Below, in pieces: positions 42,681-56,903 of a stretch of 64,000 nucleotides of DNA (position 1 is the first letter of the stretch; every line of letters begins with the position of its first letter). Position numbers and translations under genes: made by a program. Under the pieces are notes generated by a model. It ran no database searches and was not told the origin of the DNA. It worked only from the letters and a program-made list of their open reading frames with translations. The stretch spans positions 28,768,001 to 28,832,000 of the forward strand of contig OX597831.1 of assembly GCA_951406725.2 (NCBI GenBank), in the 5' to 3' direction. The stretch comes from Octopus vulgaris. Lineage: Eukaryota.

Positions 42681-44221
42681 TAAAAACATATCACTGCTTA
42701 TCCTACGCTTCAAGATAACATTCCATTACCCTCTATTGACCATGTTATCTTTCTATAAATACCTGTTATTCTCCAGTGTATAACCCTATCCTCATCTGCT
42801 CTCCTTATTAATACACTGTCATCCTCTAGGGTCCACCTTATCATCGTTATGCTTCTATTGTTACTCTTGAAGCAAACGTCTTTAATTTCATTTTCCGTTC
42901 ATTATTCAGTATTTTACCCCCTGCTGCCCACAGAGACCAACACCTGATGTCTTCCCAGGAAAGGAAGAATGGAACTCGGTTCTTCAAAGAGATTTGAACG
43001 CTTAAACCTTGACAAACTACAAAGGGAGCTATATTTATATGTGTGTGTATGTATGAATGTATCTGTGTGTGGCTCTGTGTGCCTGTCTGTAAGTACCTGC
43101 CAGTATGTGTGTATTTGTGAGTGGAGATGATGTGCACATGATATATTTCTTATGTATTTTGTGTATAAGTGTCTGTTTTGTATGCCTGTATGTGTCTGTA
43201 GCTTTATTGTTTGTTTTAGTACAGTGTGTGTTTGTGTGTGTGTGCGTGCGCACATCTGTATGAGTGTCTGTGTGTTACGATGCGTTCTATATTTTTGTAA
43301 ACACTTAGATTTAATTACCTGCATAGCTGCATGTGTATGTGCGTTCGTCTTTAAATATATGAATGTGTTAAAGAGAAATGAGGGGAAGATATATGAAAAG
43401 AAGAAGGCTGGGCATGAAAAGAGTCTGTGTGTGCGTGCGTACGTTTGCGTATATGTTGGTATTCCTATATATATATGTGTGCGTGTGAATGTTGTGTGTT
43501 CCCGTCTGAGAATGAGCGTGGCATGTGAATACTCTTTCAAACTTTTCTAACAGAATTTCAAGAATACAGGTGTATGAATTCATAACCACAGCTGAATATA
43601 CAGGCATTGTATATATACAGGAAGAAGAATTAATTACATTAGTGTACGATGTACTGTTAGATGTCTTACGTAGTCAAAAAACTATTTCAGCCAATACATA
43701 TTTCACTCTTAAGGGCACCTCTAGTGTCTCATGTGCTGCAAATTGTACTACTTGACGTACATACATATGCAGTTTAAAGTTACGTCTAGTCAATGCTAAC
43801 AGAGTGCTACTTTTCGTGTCAGTTTGGTGCAACAGTGCACATTTATGCCTATGCCTGTAGGTGTATTGATATGTGTATATGTGTGCACGTATATTTGTAC
43901 AATAGTATGTGTATCAGTGTGTGAGAGTGTGTGCATATTGTGTGTAAATGTATATGTGTGTGTGTGCTTGTATATATGTGCACATATATATATACTTACA
44001 TACGTATGTATGTTCACATACACACATACACACATATATATATATTTATATATATATATATATATATATATTTACATATATATATAATACATATAATATA
44101 TATATATATTATATATATAATATATATAATATATATATATCGTATATAATATATATATATAGTATATATATATTATATATATATGTCATATATATATATG
44201 ATATTTATAGTATATATATAT

Positions 44222-44270
<49 letters not shown>

Positions 44271-44897
44271 CATAGGCGCATGTGCCAAAGTTTGTGTGCA
44301 TTTGTATGTTTGTTGAATGTATTATGGGTGTATATTGACATGTAAGCTTACAGATATTGATGTATATGAATATTTAAATACTTTCAGAGTTTTCAGCTTT
44401 TAATACTGTATACATTTGGCCATGAGTCTATAGGTGTGGATGCGTGTTATACGTATGATGTATGTAGGTAGGTAGGAATGTTTACTATAATTTTAAATCG
44501 AATTTATTTCAATTGAATTTAAACTTAATTGTAATTCCATTTTAATTGTAGCCATGAAACGTACGTAGTTTTTTTTACTTATTATATATTGAGATCTAGT
44601 TATATGTTTTATGAAACTATATAGTATTTGTTATTTATGTTTTGGTTTATGTCTCACTGTTTGAGTTGCATAATAGTGGTTTTATCTCAAATTTATATTT
44701 TATACATATATATATATATAAGTATAAGTGTTTATTATATTGAATGCGTATTTGTTAACTGTATGAAGTGTGTAGAATGGTTAACTGTATTTGCATATTC
44801 ATATACATACATTATACATATATATATATTCATACATATATCAGTTATATATAGTTTAAATACACATGTACACCTATATACACATGTATGTACATAT

Positions 44898-44997
<100 letters not shown>

Positions 44998-45853
44998 CAC
45001 TTTGAAGTGATATTTCTCTTTTTGATAATCCTTTCTCTGCGCATGGTTGAATTACTCTTTGCCTACGATATATAAATTTTTAAATTTTCTAAGAAGCTGT
45101 CATTTTTCTAAAAATGATTTGGCTTCACACTAATTTTTTTTCCCTGTTCAGATAACTCTGTTTCTCCTTTAATCTTTAAAATATATTTTCTGAATATAAT
45201 TTCACTATTCATCTTCACAATATTCCAATTTTAACACCAAGCAAAGATCCATTTAACTCATTTGTCAAATGAAATTTTTAAGTTGGCAAACGAGATTTAC
45301 GTATTACTATATCACTATCAAGAAAAATCTGTATTTTATTCCTGGAATATTTACTTATATTTAAGGATTAATATGAGTGACTGGCGTTGATTGTGGAAAT
45401 TATCTTATGTACATATAAAATATCATAGGTCTTCTGTAAAGCGGACCAAAATGTTTGACTTGTATAAGGCTGTACTAAATGAAAGAACAGAATCAAAGAA
45501 GCTGAAAATCATGATAATATTTTGCACATTTAAACATCTTTATCCTATTATCTCTGGAGATTTTTCGTGTAACAAACGATATCCCATGCTGATATTGGTC
45601 TGTTCACATTCAAAAATAACTTCAGATGAAAAAAACTGGAAGCAAGTATCTTATTGGGTGATATTTGAAACATGGAGAGATCCTTGCTTTGAAGTTTGGA
45701 GAAGAAACGATAGAGATATTAATTAAATATGGCTTTGTGGTATCCGTGTCACACTTCCATATGTCTGCGCGCGTGCGCGTGTATATACATATATATACAT
45801 AGACATATATATATAAATATATATATACATACATACATACATACATACATACT

Positions 45854-45914
<61 letters not shown>

Positions 45915-46139
45915 TTTTCTCAATCCTTTTCTTTTTAGCCCGAACGTACATACATACATACATACATACATACATACGTACATACGTACATACATACATA
46001 CATACATACATACATACATACATACATACATTCATGCATTGCTGCATCATATTTACTTACAAATTGTACTTTTTTCAAATAATATAGTGCTTTATGATAC
46101 GAACATACAAACATACATATACATACACATACATATATG

Positions 46140-46205
<66 letters not shown>

Positions 46206-46399
46206 GTGAGTGTGTGTGTGTGTATATGTATGTGTGTATATACACAGGCATGTACGTAGAATTTATTAAAATATGCATTCTGTGCACCCTGGTTCCTTAC
46301 TGAAGCATGTTGTACCTAGTTTTATTGCATGAGATCGTTACGTTATCCAGAAATTTGCTTGGTGGGTCTTAGAAGAGCCACACTTTTTCACATACACAA

Positions 46400-46401
46400 A
46401 A

Positions 46402-46434
<33 letters not shown>

Positions 46435-46760
46435 TTCTCTCTCTCTCTTTCTCTTTCTCTTTGTCTCTGTCGTTCTTTCTCTCTTTGTATTTCTATCTGT
46501 CGCTCTTTCACTGTCATTCTGCCTTTCTCTCGTTTTGTCTCATTCTCTCTAAATCGTTCTCTCACTTCTGTCGCTCACTCTCTGTCTCACTCTGTATCTT
46601 TCTCTCTCTCTTTCTCCCTCTCTCTCTCTCTCTCTCACTCTCACTCTTCTGCCCTTTTGTTTCTCTTTATATCTTTCTTTCTCTGTCTCTCTCTCTCCGT
46701 CTCTCTCACATTCTGTTTGTTCCTCTGTCCCTCTGTCTGTCTCTGTCTATCTGTTTCTCT

Positions 46761-46803
<43 letters not shown>

Positions 46804-47190
46804 ACTGCCTCTGTTCCTCTCTCCCTCTCTTTGCTTGCCTCTTTTTGTTTCTCTCTCCCTCTGGTTTACACATACTCTCTCTCTCTCTCTCTCTCTCTCT
46901 TTGTGCCTTTGTCTCACTCTATCTTTCTCCCTTTGTCTTTACTCTCTCTCTCTCTCTCTCTCTCTCTTTCTGTTATTGTCCGTATTTCTTCCTCTCTTTT
47001 TTACCTATGACCCTTTACCTGTCTGCCAATCTCTCTCGCTCTCTCTTTCTCTCTGTTAGTCAGTCTGCCTCTGTCTTCTGTCTGTCTGTCTGTCTGTCTA
47101 CCTTTCTTTCTCTCTCCATCTCTCTCTCCCTCTCTCTCTTCAGCTTCTTCTTCTTCTGTCTGCTTCTTTATCTTTCTCTCCCTCTTTCAA
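46400..47190. repeat. ~790-bp degenerate (CT)n polypyrimidine tract
   Basis: Directly visible. Confidence 0.9.
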
Positions 47191-47758
47191 TGTAACAACA
47201 ACAATACCGAAAATGAAGCCAAAACGAATGTGTGAGTTACGTGAGTATGAGGGAAATACATTTAAAGATGTTGCCTTTTTCTGAGAGAGGCGGGGTGGGT
47301 GGGAAACATCTATCATACTGTTACACACATACACTACACACACGCACACACACACACACAAACACACGTATACCTATATACACACTGACGCAGTTACACA
47401 CACAAAAACAAACACACACAAACACACAAACACACGTATACCCACATACACACTTACGCCTTGTTGGCTGCTTCCTTCTTGCACAGCACTGATTATGATT
47501 ATGATTATTATTATTATTACTATTATTACTATTATTACTATTAATTTTGTTGTTTGTTTTGGTACCAACGTGTACCACCATAACAATTGTTATGTTAGTG
47601 TGTGTATGTGTATCTGCAGATCTGTATACATATATCTGTGGGGCGTGTATATGTACAACCAATACCATAAAACACATATACACACATACATACGTATATA
47701 CACTCACACATGCGCACTCACATGCGCACGCACACGTATACACAAACACGGGTGGTTT

Positions 47759-47777
47759 CTGCCACCAGGTGGCGGAT
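47759..47777 (+). promoter_or_regulatory. Candidate CTCF-binding motif
   Basis: ctGCCACCAGGTGGCGGat is close to the CTCF consensus GCCACCAG(G/A)(G/T)GGCGC. Confidence 0.45.
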
Positions 47778-47903
47778 ACCCTTCCATGGAAGACAAACGA
47801 GATTATGTTTCAAACCTGAACACGTTAACTTTGGTAAGGAGATTTCTGTGGAAACGTTTGAAGTTTGAAAGAAGGTTCACTCCCTGGAGATAACGGTAGG
47901 TAA

Positions 47904-47935
47904 AGGTCAAACATCAGGTCACAGGTCACAGGTCA
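47904..47935 (+). promoter_or_regulatory. Cluster of four AGGTCA nuclear-receptor half-sites (DR6, DR1, DR1)
   Basis: AGGTCA-aacatc-AGGTCA-c-AGGTCA-c-AGGTCA. Confidence 0.4.
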
Positions 47936-48359
47936 AAAGAGCGTCATTAAAAGATGACAAACAAGAATTACTAAGAATTACTAATTTTAAAAAATTATTA
48001 CTTTTAATATATATGAATGGCTGACCAGGGGTCAGTTTGATCCAAGGGACATCTGGACATCTTGACCACTGGAAGTACAGTTAATTTTTATTGGGTATTT
48101 TTCATCTTTTTTAAAATTTTTTTAATATTCTTCAATTTTTTTTCTTAGTTTATTTCTATTTTCAAGATTTTTCAAGATTTCTGCAGATTTCATAATATTT
48201 TGTATGAGGACTATAAATAATTAACGATATCATTGTGCAGGTGTTTAATTAAGCAAACTGGCAGAAGGTATGCCAACAAAAATAACAATGAAACCAACAA
48301 CAACAATAACAAAATACCAATAACAAAACAAAACAACAACAACAACAATAGTAATAATA

Positions 48360-48557
48360 ATGGTTTCAAATTTTGGCTCAAAGTCAACCGTTTCAGGATG
48401 GGGATTAAGTCGATCACATCGACCCCAGTACTCAACTGGTACTTATTTTTATCGACCCCGAAAAGATGAAAGGCAAAGTTGATCTCGGTGGAATTTGAAC
48501 TCAGAACGTAAAGACGGGTGAAATGCCACTGAGCATTTAACCCGGCGCGCCAACGAT
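48360..48557 (-). mobile_element. SINE family A
   Basis: Reverse-complement core atcgaccccgaaaagatgaaaggcaaagt; gaatttgaactcagaacgta. Confidence 0.85.
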
Positions 48558-48864
48558 AGGAAGAAATTAAGAACCATCAGGATTTCAGGATCTAGTCAGA
48601 GAGAGGAAGAGATTGTGGAAGAATGTCGATAATTATTTCAGTGGTAATTAGTGCAACTTGGCTCGACACCCACACTGCTACCTGAGAGACTGACTGAAGG
48701 ATATTGGAATTGAGAAAGAAGAAAAGTACAATCCTGTATTCTGTAAGAATCCTGAGAAAGATTCTTGAGGCTTGTAATCAGACCCCAAAATAACATCCCT
48801 GCTAATTAATTGCATCAGCATGCAATCGCTTTGGAATGATAATGATACGATTAACGTTAATGAT

Positions 48865-49040
48865 GGGTGTCGAGATGACAGAATCGTTAGCACACCGGGC
48901 TAAATGCTAGGCGATATTTCGTCCGTCATAACGTTCTGAGCTCAAATTCCACCGAGGTCGACTTTGTCTTTCATCCTTTTCAGCTGGATGTTATCACCTG
49001 CCCCGAACTTAATTGCTTTGTGCCAAAATTTTAAACCAAT
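48865..49040 (+). mobile_element. SINE family A, partially deleted
   Basis: cagaatcgttagcac head; gaggtcgactttgtctttcatcc core. Confidence 0.75.
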
Positions 49041-49398
49041 ATAAAAGCTGGTGATAAAACCCACAGGACTTCCTTATTTCATCGTGGAGAAAACCAATAT
49101 ACTTTAATGAGGATATAAACAATAATTATAAGCAATTTATAAATTTAAATAAAAGATAAACATAAAATATACTATAAATAAAAGTCACCATTAAAAACGT
49201 AGTAAATAACGAAGAATGCATAATGTTACGAGTATATTATATATATTCGTACATTCTAGCAATAGCGGAGTGTATTGGATAAGAGGTGACAACAGAGGGA
49301 GAGAGAGAGAGAACTATAAATATGAAGATGCCTAGACATATTTTCTATAATGATAATAACCCATAAACTACATTTTCGTTATAAGCATACACACATAC

Positions 49399-49438
<40 letters not shown>

Positions 49439-49823
49439 GAAAATCAAGAGGAGAATGGAGATTTATTTCCATCCAAAAGCTTTTTATTAAAATTTTTTCC
49501 ACAGCATATATAGCAATAACCAGTATGTGTTTCTACTGCAGCAATTGCACATTACTCTGTGTGCAATTATGCATCCTAGTCGTTGCAATTTCATCAACTG
49601 TCAATCACTTACATATATATATATTGAGAGACAGAGACAGAGACAGGGAGAGAGCGAATGAAGAGGAATTATTAATCAGGGGGAAATATTTGATAAGCTC
49701 TCCGTTGGCACACGAATAATGTATCTATAAGGACTATTCGAAACAGCTGTAAGCCAAATTTGCACCAATAAAAGAAAAATACGTAATGGCCATTGTTTTT
49801 AACTTGTTCCTGATATATGTATG

Positions 49824-49860
<37 letters not shown>

Positions 49861-49956
49861 CGGGAAGGTTTACGAAAATAAACAAAAGACGAAGGCAGGT
49901 GGAGTACAAACAAACAAATGTATTAGTATGGCGCTCAGGAATAGAAATAAAACAAG

Positions 49957-49994
49957 TCTTTTACGTTTCGAGCCTACGCTCTTCGACAGAAAGA
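49957..49994 (-). ncRNA. Hammerhead-like motif with non-canonical core, inside a (TA)n-flanked repeat (49860-50055)
   Basis: Minus strand: tcttt-CTGTCGA-A-GAGC-gtag-GCTC-GAAAC-GTA-aaaga; stems I and II intact, A6U plus one extra A. Confidence 0.5.
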
Positions 49995-50052
49995 TACACA
50001 GAAAAGAAACAAGGAGAGAAACAAAGAGAGAAAAAATGCGTGTAGGAGCTAA

Positions 50053-50085
<33 letters not shown>

Positions 50086-50637
50086 CTATATATATATATA
50101 TATCCTTATATGTATGATAAATATATGTATGCGTGTGTGTATGTGTGTAATAGTAATATTAAGTTTAAAAGCTTTGTGATATGCTTTCGTTTCGTCTCTG
50201 ACAGATGGCCTCTAGAATTTGTCAGCTTGAAAGATGGAAGTAAAATATACCAACGCAGAATAAATACTATATTATTTTGTCATTAATTATAATTCTCTGC
50301 CTCTAAAATTGCAGTCAAACAGTATTTACGAAGATTCTGTTGTAATGTCAACTTAACCGAGCCGAGAAATAGTTTTTGCTAAACACATAGTATGTATGTA
50401 TGTATGTATGTATGTATGTATGTATGTATGTATGTATGTATGTATGTATGTATGTATGCATGCATGTATGTATGCATGTATATATATATATATATATACA
50501 CGTGTGTTTTATTAGACACTGGGTTGACAGAATCGTTAGATCAACATTTGTTCCGGCTCATATGCCGAGCTGAAAACTCTGTCTTCTGGAGCTGATTTAA
50601 TCGACTGCCAGTTTGTGTCAACATGCAGTGGGCTGGC

Positions 50638-50726
<89 letters not shown>

Positions 50727-50754
50727 TGTATGTATGTGTGTGTGTATGTGATAT

Positions 50755-50797
<43 letters not shown>

Positions 50798-51641
50798 TGC
50801 GCATTTATATGCAGATGTATATATATGTATACATATATATGTATGTATGTATATACACACATATATATACATACATGCATATGTGTATGTGTGTATATAT
50901 GTACATGCATATGTATAAAACGTAAATACTCACATACATATATAAATACATACGTACATGCTGACATCTCAGGGTGATCTTGCTACTTGGAGCCAAAGCT
51001 TGCAATTTTAAAAGTCAGCACACATGTAATTGGTGTAGGGTTTATATGTAGAGCACTATGTTGTCTTTCTCTCTCCCTAGTTGTCCCTCAAAAAATATGA
51101 ACAACTTATATTTAAATCGGGTTTTAAAAATGCCATTTGCATTCATTTATATATCCTGCTCAAGCATTAAACACCACGACAGACATACAAATACATACAA
51201 ATGCATACATACATACATACATACATACATACATACATGCATGCATGCATACATACATACATACATACATACATACATACATACATACATACATACATAC
51301 ATACATACATACATCTCCAATACAACTGAGTGAGCCAAAACTGTAAATATTTATGAAATTTTTCCAATTTAAAATTTCTTCACATTCTTTGGTTTTCTAA
51401 AAGAAAATTATTCTTTCTTTATCCATTTTCTTTTCTGTCTTTCCTCCCTGTATTTCTTTTCTTTTAAACTGCAATTTTTTTTCTTTTGTCAACCCATTGT
51501 ATTGAATGAATCATTTTAAAAAAAAATATTATTTAAATATTATATTTTGCAATGTATTTCACTTTCTTTAGAAGATTTTGCACATCGTTTTCCATATTCA
51601 GTAATTATTTGTAAACTTTAGAAGTAAAGATTAAACCCGCC

Positions 51642-51739
<98 letters not shown>

Positions 51740-51885
51740 GTTTGTTTATTTGTTTCGTAGTGTATGATTTGAAATTCTTCAAATGTATGATTTTCTCATA
51801 GCACCCCTCCTCTTTTCTTTCAGTAATGCTGCATGGCACCTAACATGTGTTTGCTTCTTATGTATTATCATTATTATTATTATTA

Positions 51886-51973
<88 letters not shown>

Positions 51974-52034
51974 CATGATTATTATCATGATTATTATTAT
52001 TTTGTTGTCTTCGTTATTACGATTTCAAGATAAT

Positions 52035-52640
52035 GCGGCGGCGAGCTTGTAGATTTGCCAGCTCGCCGAACTAAAATGTTTAGCGGCATTTCGTCCGTCT
52101 CTACCATCTGTGCCATCTGAAATTCCGCCGACGTCGACTTTGCCTTTCATCCTTTCGCAGTCGATAAAATAAGTATCAGTTAAATATTCTGTGTCGATGT
52201 AATCGACTCCACCCCCCCTCCCATCAAAAACTGGTTGCCGCATACCAAAATTTGAAACCTTTATTACTGTTTCAATACAAGGCGGCGAACTGGCAGATAC
52301 GTTAGCACACAGGACGAAATACTTCGCGGCATTTCTTCCAGTTTTACGTTCTGAGTTCAAATGCCACCGAGTTAATTTTGCCATTCATCCGTTTGGAATC
52401 GAATCGATAAAATAAAATATCAGTCAAGTCCTGGGATCGATGTAATCGACTAACCTTCTCTCCTTAAAATTGCTTGCCTTGTGTCAAAATTTGTCCGAGT
52501 TCAAATTCCGCAAAGGTCAACTTTGCCGGTCGCCCCTCCTTGATCGATAAAATAAAATACCAGCCGAGTACTGGACTCAGTGTTATTGGCTAAAACCCTT
52601 CCCGTCACTCGTTTCTATATTTGTACCTACAATAGAAGCA
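52035..52640 (+). mobile_element. Tandem SINE family A copies (~52035, ~52280, partial ~52495)
   Basis: ggcggcgaactggcaga head; gtcgactttgcctttcatcc core. Confidence 0.8.
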
Positions 52641-53231
52641 ATTGTTATTGTTTCAGTAGACAAGATCACTTGTTTCGGTTTTTCTATGCCACCTTGAGTA
52701 AGTTTCTTTACTCATAACCGCTGTGAGTTGACCAAAATCGTGTGAGGAAAATTCGAAAGACAGAAACCAGTCTGTGTGGAGATTTGCTTCAGTGATCGTT
52801 CCTATTTGGTCAACTTAACTTATCTTCTGTTTAACAACAAAAAGTAGCCTTAATATACCTTCAGTGAGAGGAGTCAAAATTGGAAATACTCGGATTAGAT
52901 CTCAGATCTGAAAATAACTTGCTTTTTATTCCCTAAAAGAGACCCTAAAAGGATCGTGCGTGTGGGAAGTCATTCGTTCTTTGAAGGAAACATGTCTAAA
53001 ATGACACACAAAGTGTTACTTTTGTTGCCTGTTCTCTCTGTACAGCGAATACATCTTTGTATGCCCTAAGTACAAATAGCGTCGCGTTGTTAGTTCTTAC
53101 AATTTTACTGGAAGTATTCTATTGCATTTAGTTATAATAATCATGAAATATTCTACTACTACTACTACTACAACTACAACTACTAATACTAATACTAATA
53201 CTACTACTGCTACTACTACTACTACTACTAC

Positions 53232-53289
<58 letters not shown>

Positions 53290-53290
53290 C

Positions 53291-53333
<43 letters not shown>

Positions 53334-55153
53334 TAAGCTTGCGTTACGCCGTTTTAGTTCGTTTGAATGTTTCCTATATTTTTCAGTCATTGGTACGTTT
53401 TTTGTTTTGTGTTACTGCAGTACTTGGTATGTTTTCTCTTTAACGAGTGTATTGTCATATTTGTGATGCTAACTCACTCACTTACTCCCCCTTATACTCA
53501 CTGACTCCCACCCCTATTTGCTCAAACACTCACTCAATAGCTCTGAAAGCTTATAGTAATGTTTTTTCCTTATTTTAGATAGAATAGTTTTGAAAAAATA
53601 CACACCACCTGTGTAGTCTAAGCACTTAGCTGGTAATCGTGTGTGTATATGTACGTGCCTATACATACATATATACATGTAAAAAAATATACGTATATAT
53701 ACATATATGCATGTATATAAATATATATATATAATATATATATATGTATGTATGTATGTATTTATATATGCGTACATATATGCATATATGTATATGTGTG
53801 AACATGTTTGTATATATGAATGTATAAATCCGCAAATAAATACATGCGTAAACATATACACACAAACAACACGCACATGCATACATACATACATACACAC
53901 ATACACACATATACATCAAACACGCTACACATGCTATATACATAGCATGCTGTATCAGAACAGAATGAAACATCTGCTAATAGTCAACACAACAAACAAT
54001 CTTAACAACAACAACTACTAATAATAATAATAACTAATGACTCACATACTTCACCCATGTGTCCGCCATTATTACATCATTCATAACTTTTCCGCCATAT
54101 TGAATTTTGTTTCGCTTTCTCACGTTCTTTCTTTTATAAAACGCTTAGCTTCTAATGGAGTGGATTTTCTGTATTAATGCTGGTTTTCAGCTTCTTTTAT
54201 TTTATTACACCAATAAATGTGTTTATATTTAATTTTCTCACATATTTGACTATTAAAACATGTATATGCATACATATAAATCTATGTGTCCATACATATA
54301 GATGTATATTTTTCCGATATTCACATGTATATATATATATATATATATATAGATAGATAGATATATATATATATAGTGTGTGTGTACAAATACACACACA
54401 CACACACACACACATATATAGTATAATTACTGTGAAACATTGTGTAGAAAGGCCAAAACAATGCGAAGTAAATGCAAAATAAATCACATGAAAACAAATA
54501 TGTGAATTAATGTAGACTTACCTTGTATTCAATATTTCGGGGTTATGACATTTACTTTGCATTGTTTTGGCCTTACCCACGATTTTTTTATACAATATAC
54601 ATACATACATATATATATATATATGCATCTTTGAAAAGCATTTCTTTTGCTTTCAAATTATTGTTTTTTTCTTAGATAGAGATACGTAAAAAAGATATGC
54701 ATTTAGTGTGCGTATGTGAGTTTATGTGTGTGTATGTGTGTGTGTGTGCATCGAGGATTATAACAAATCTTCAAAATACATTACTTAAAAGCACGATCAA
54801 CTACTGTATATAGAGATAACTTTGATTTTTACCTCTTCCCAAAAGTAATCTTGTTGTTTGAGATTAATTAGCTGAACAAGGCCCATCGGATAGGCTTTTA
54901 ATCTGTTTAGTATTAAAAGTTATGTTTTCTTCAGACAACGCATTGTTTAATCTAGGAGAGATGTATGAGAATTTTGTAATAGAAAAAAGACATTAATAGT
55001 TCGACCATGCACATGACCATTTTCACAGTGGATGTGTTTATCTGACGATATAGTTAGTGTGCAACTACTTGTGTTTCTCTGTGTACGTACGTATGTATTT
55101 TGCATACATGTGTGTGCATAAGTATGTTTTTGTATATGTATGTAGGCATATGC

Positions 55154-55197
<44 letters not shown>

Positions 55198-55629
55198 GGC
55201 GGTGCATCAGCATGGCCGCAGCTCTGAGCTGAAACTAGGAAAAAAATATATATATATATATATTATTTACCAATTGATAATTAGCTTAACAAGCTGCTGT
55301 TAATTTAATAGAATTAATAACTAACAATATTAATAACAACAACAATAATCAACACAATAATAATAATGATATTTCCTTACATTGACAATTATATTAATAA
55401 TATTAATATAGATACCTAATATTACTAATATTGAAAATAGTAACAATAATAGTAATAATAACAGTAAGTATTATTATTAATTATTTATGCAATAAAAATG
55501 AAGAAAAATACGATAATACAAAAATCCTTATTAACATTAGTATCATTGGGACACTATAAGATGGACTCGAGAGAACATGAACCAAAATAGTTTGTGGTGT
55601 TTAATAATGCCCCTTTGCTCTGTAGTTCA

Positions 55630-56415
55630 AATAGCAGAATCGTTAGCACTCCAAGCATAATGCTTAGCCATATTTCGTCCGTCTTTACATTCAGTGTTCA
55701 AATACCATCGAGGTGGACTTTCCTTTTCATCTTTTCGGGGTCGATAAAATAAGTATGAGTTGGACACTGGCATCCATGTCATCGGCTTAGCCGCTCTCAC
55801 GAACTTGCTAGCCTTGTGCCAAATTTTGAAGTCATTATTACTATTATTAAGAAAAGCGGCAAGCTGGCAGAATCGTTAGCACACCGGGCAAAATGCTTAG
55901 CGGTATTTCGTCTGTTTTTACGATCTGAGTTCAAATTCCGCCGAGGTCGACTTTGCCTTTCGGGGGTCGATAAATTAAGTACCAGTCAAGGACTGGATTC
56001 GATCTAACGTTCTTTCCCCACCCATCGAAATTTCAGGCTTTCTACCTTTACATTCTTTGTTGTTAACACAACGTTTCGGCTTCATCAGGTGTCTTGGGGA
56101 CAAATATCCGTCAAATGTAAATAACGTAAATAATGTACATAATTCCTCAGCTCTTAAAATTAGAACTGTATTTCTGCCTTTAGTAGAAAGGGTTATTATT
56201 CAGGCAGTGACCTGGCAGAATTGTTAGCGCATCGGGCAAATTACGTGGTGGTATTTCCTTCGGCGCTTTATGCTCTGAGTTCAAATCCTGCAGAAGTCAA
56301 CTTTATTTTTCATCCTTTCGAAGTCAAGAAAAATAAAGTGCCAGTCAAGTACTGGGGTCTCAAAGTAATCGACTTAAACCGTCTTTCAAAATTGCTGGCC
56401 TTGTGCCAAAATTAT
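55630..56415 (+). mobile_element. Three SINE family A copies (~55630, 55855, 56200); a Penelope-type remnant is inserted in the tail of the second
   Basis: gcagaatcgttagcac heads; the SINE tail ctgcctttagtagaaagg resumes at ~56173 after the insert. Confidence 0.8.
56052..56170 (-). mobile_element. Penelope-type remnant with a hammerhead motif whose stem II is collapsed
   Basis: Minus strand: acac-CTGATGA-agcc-GAAAC-GTT-gtgt, with canonical core, palindromic AACGTT stem III and stem I acac/gtgt. Confidence 0.6.
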
Positions 56416-56903
56416 AAAGTGTGTGCTTGTGCATAAAATTGTTACACGCCATCAACTCCGTTGTCATCTGTGTTTATCATAAATAACATTTCAAACTGCC
56501 TGTGTCCATTATTCGCCACCATCTTATCATATCTTTTATGCTGACATATCTTATGATTAAGATGAACTCGTGAAAGACAGGATCGTGAGATCAATACTAG
56601 CCATCTCATTCCTATCATGACCATCCCGTCTTTTATTTTTCAGACATAGTACATCTCGGATAACTATATACTATGTGTTTCTTCTTCTCTTAAGTAAGAT
56701 TTAATGATCTGAGGGAAATGTGACTGTTATGTCTAACATGTTGTATGGATCACATACAAGATCTTTCGTTGGGTTGTCTGTATTATTGCTGGGTCATTAA
56801 AACCATCTGCATTTCACTGCAACAACGAATACATCTGTGTGTGTGTGCGTGTGTGTGTATACATATATATTTCTGTGTATATATATATATAGATGTGTGT
56901 GTA

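Noticed and set aside
42934-43005. RPTPDVFPG after a CAG as a possible W.PD exon
   Set aside because: It lacks the Trp and the NEK motif and ends in a stop with no donor
46329-47195. 288-aa ORF, the longest in the track
   Set aside because: It is a degenerate (CT)n tract translated as low-complexity SLSL
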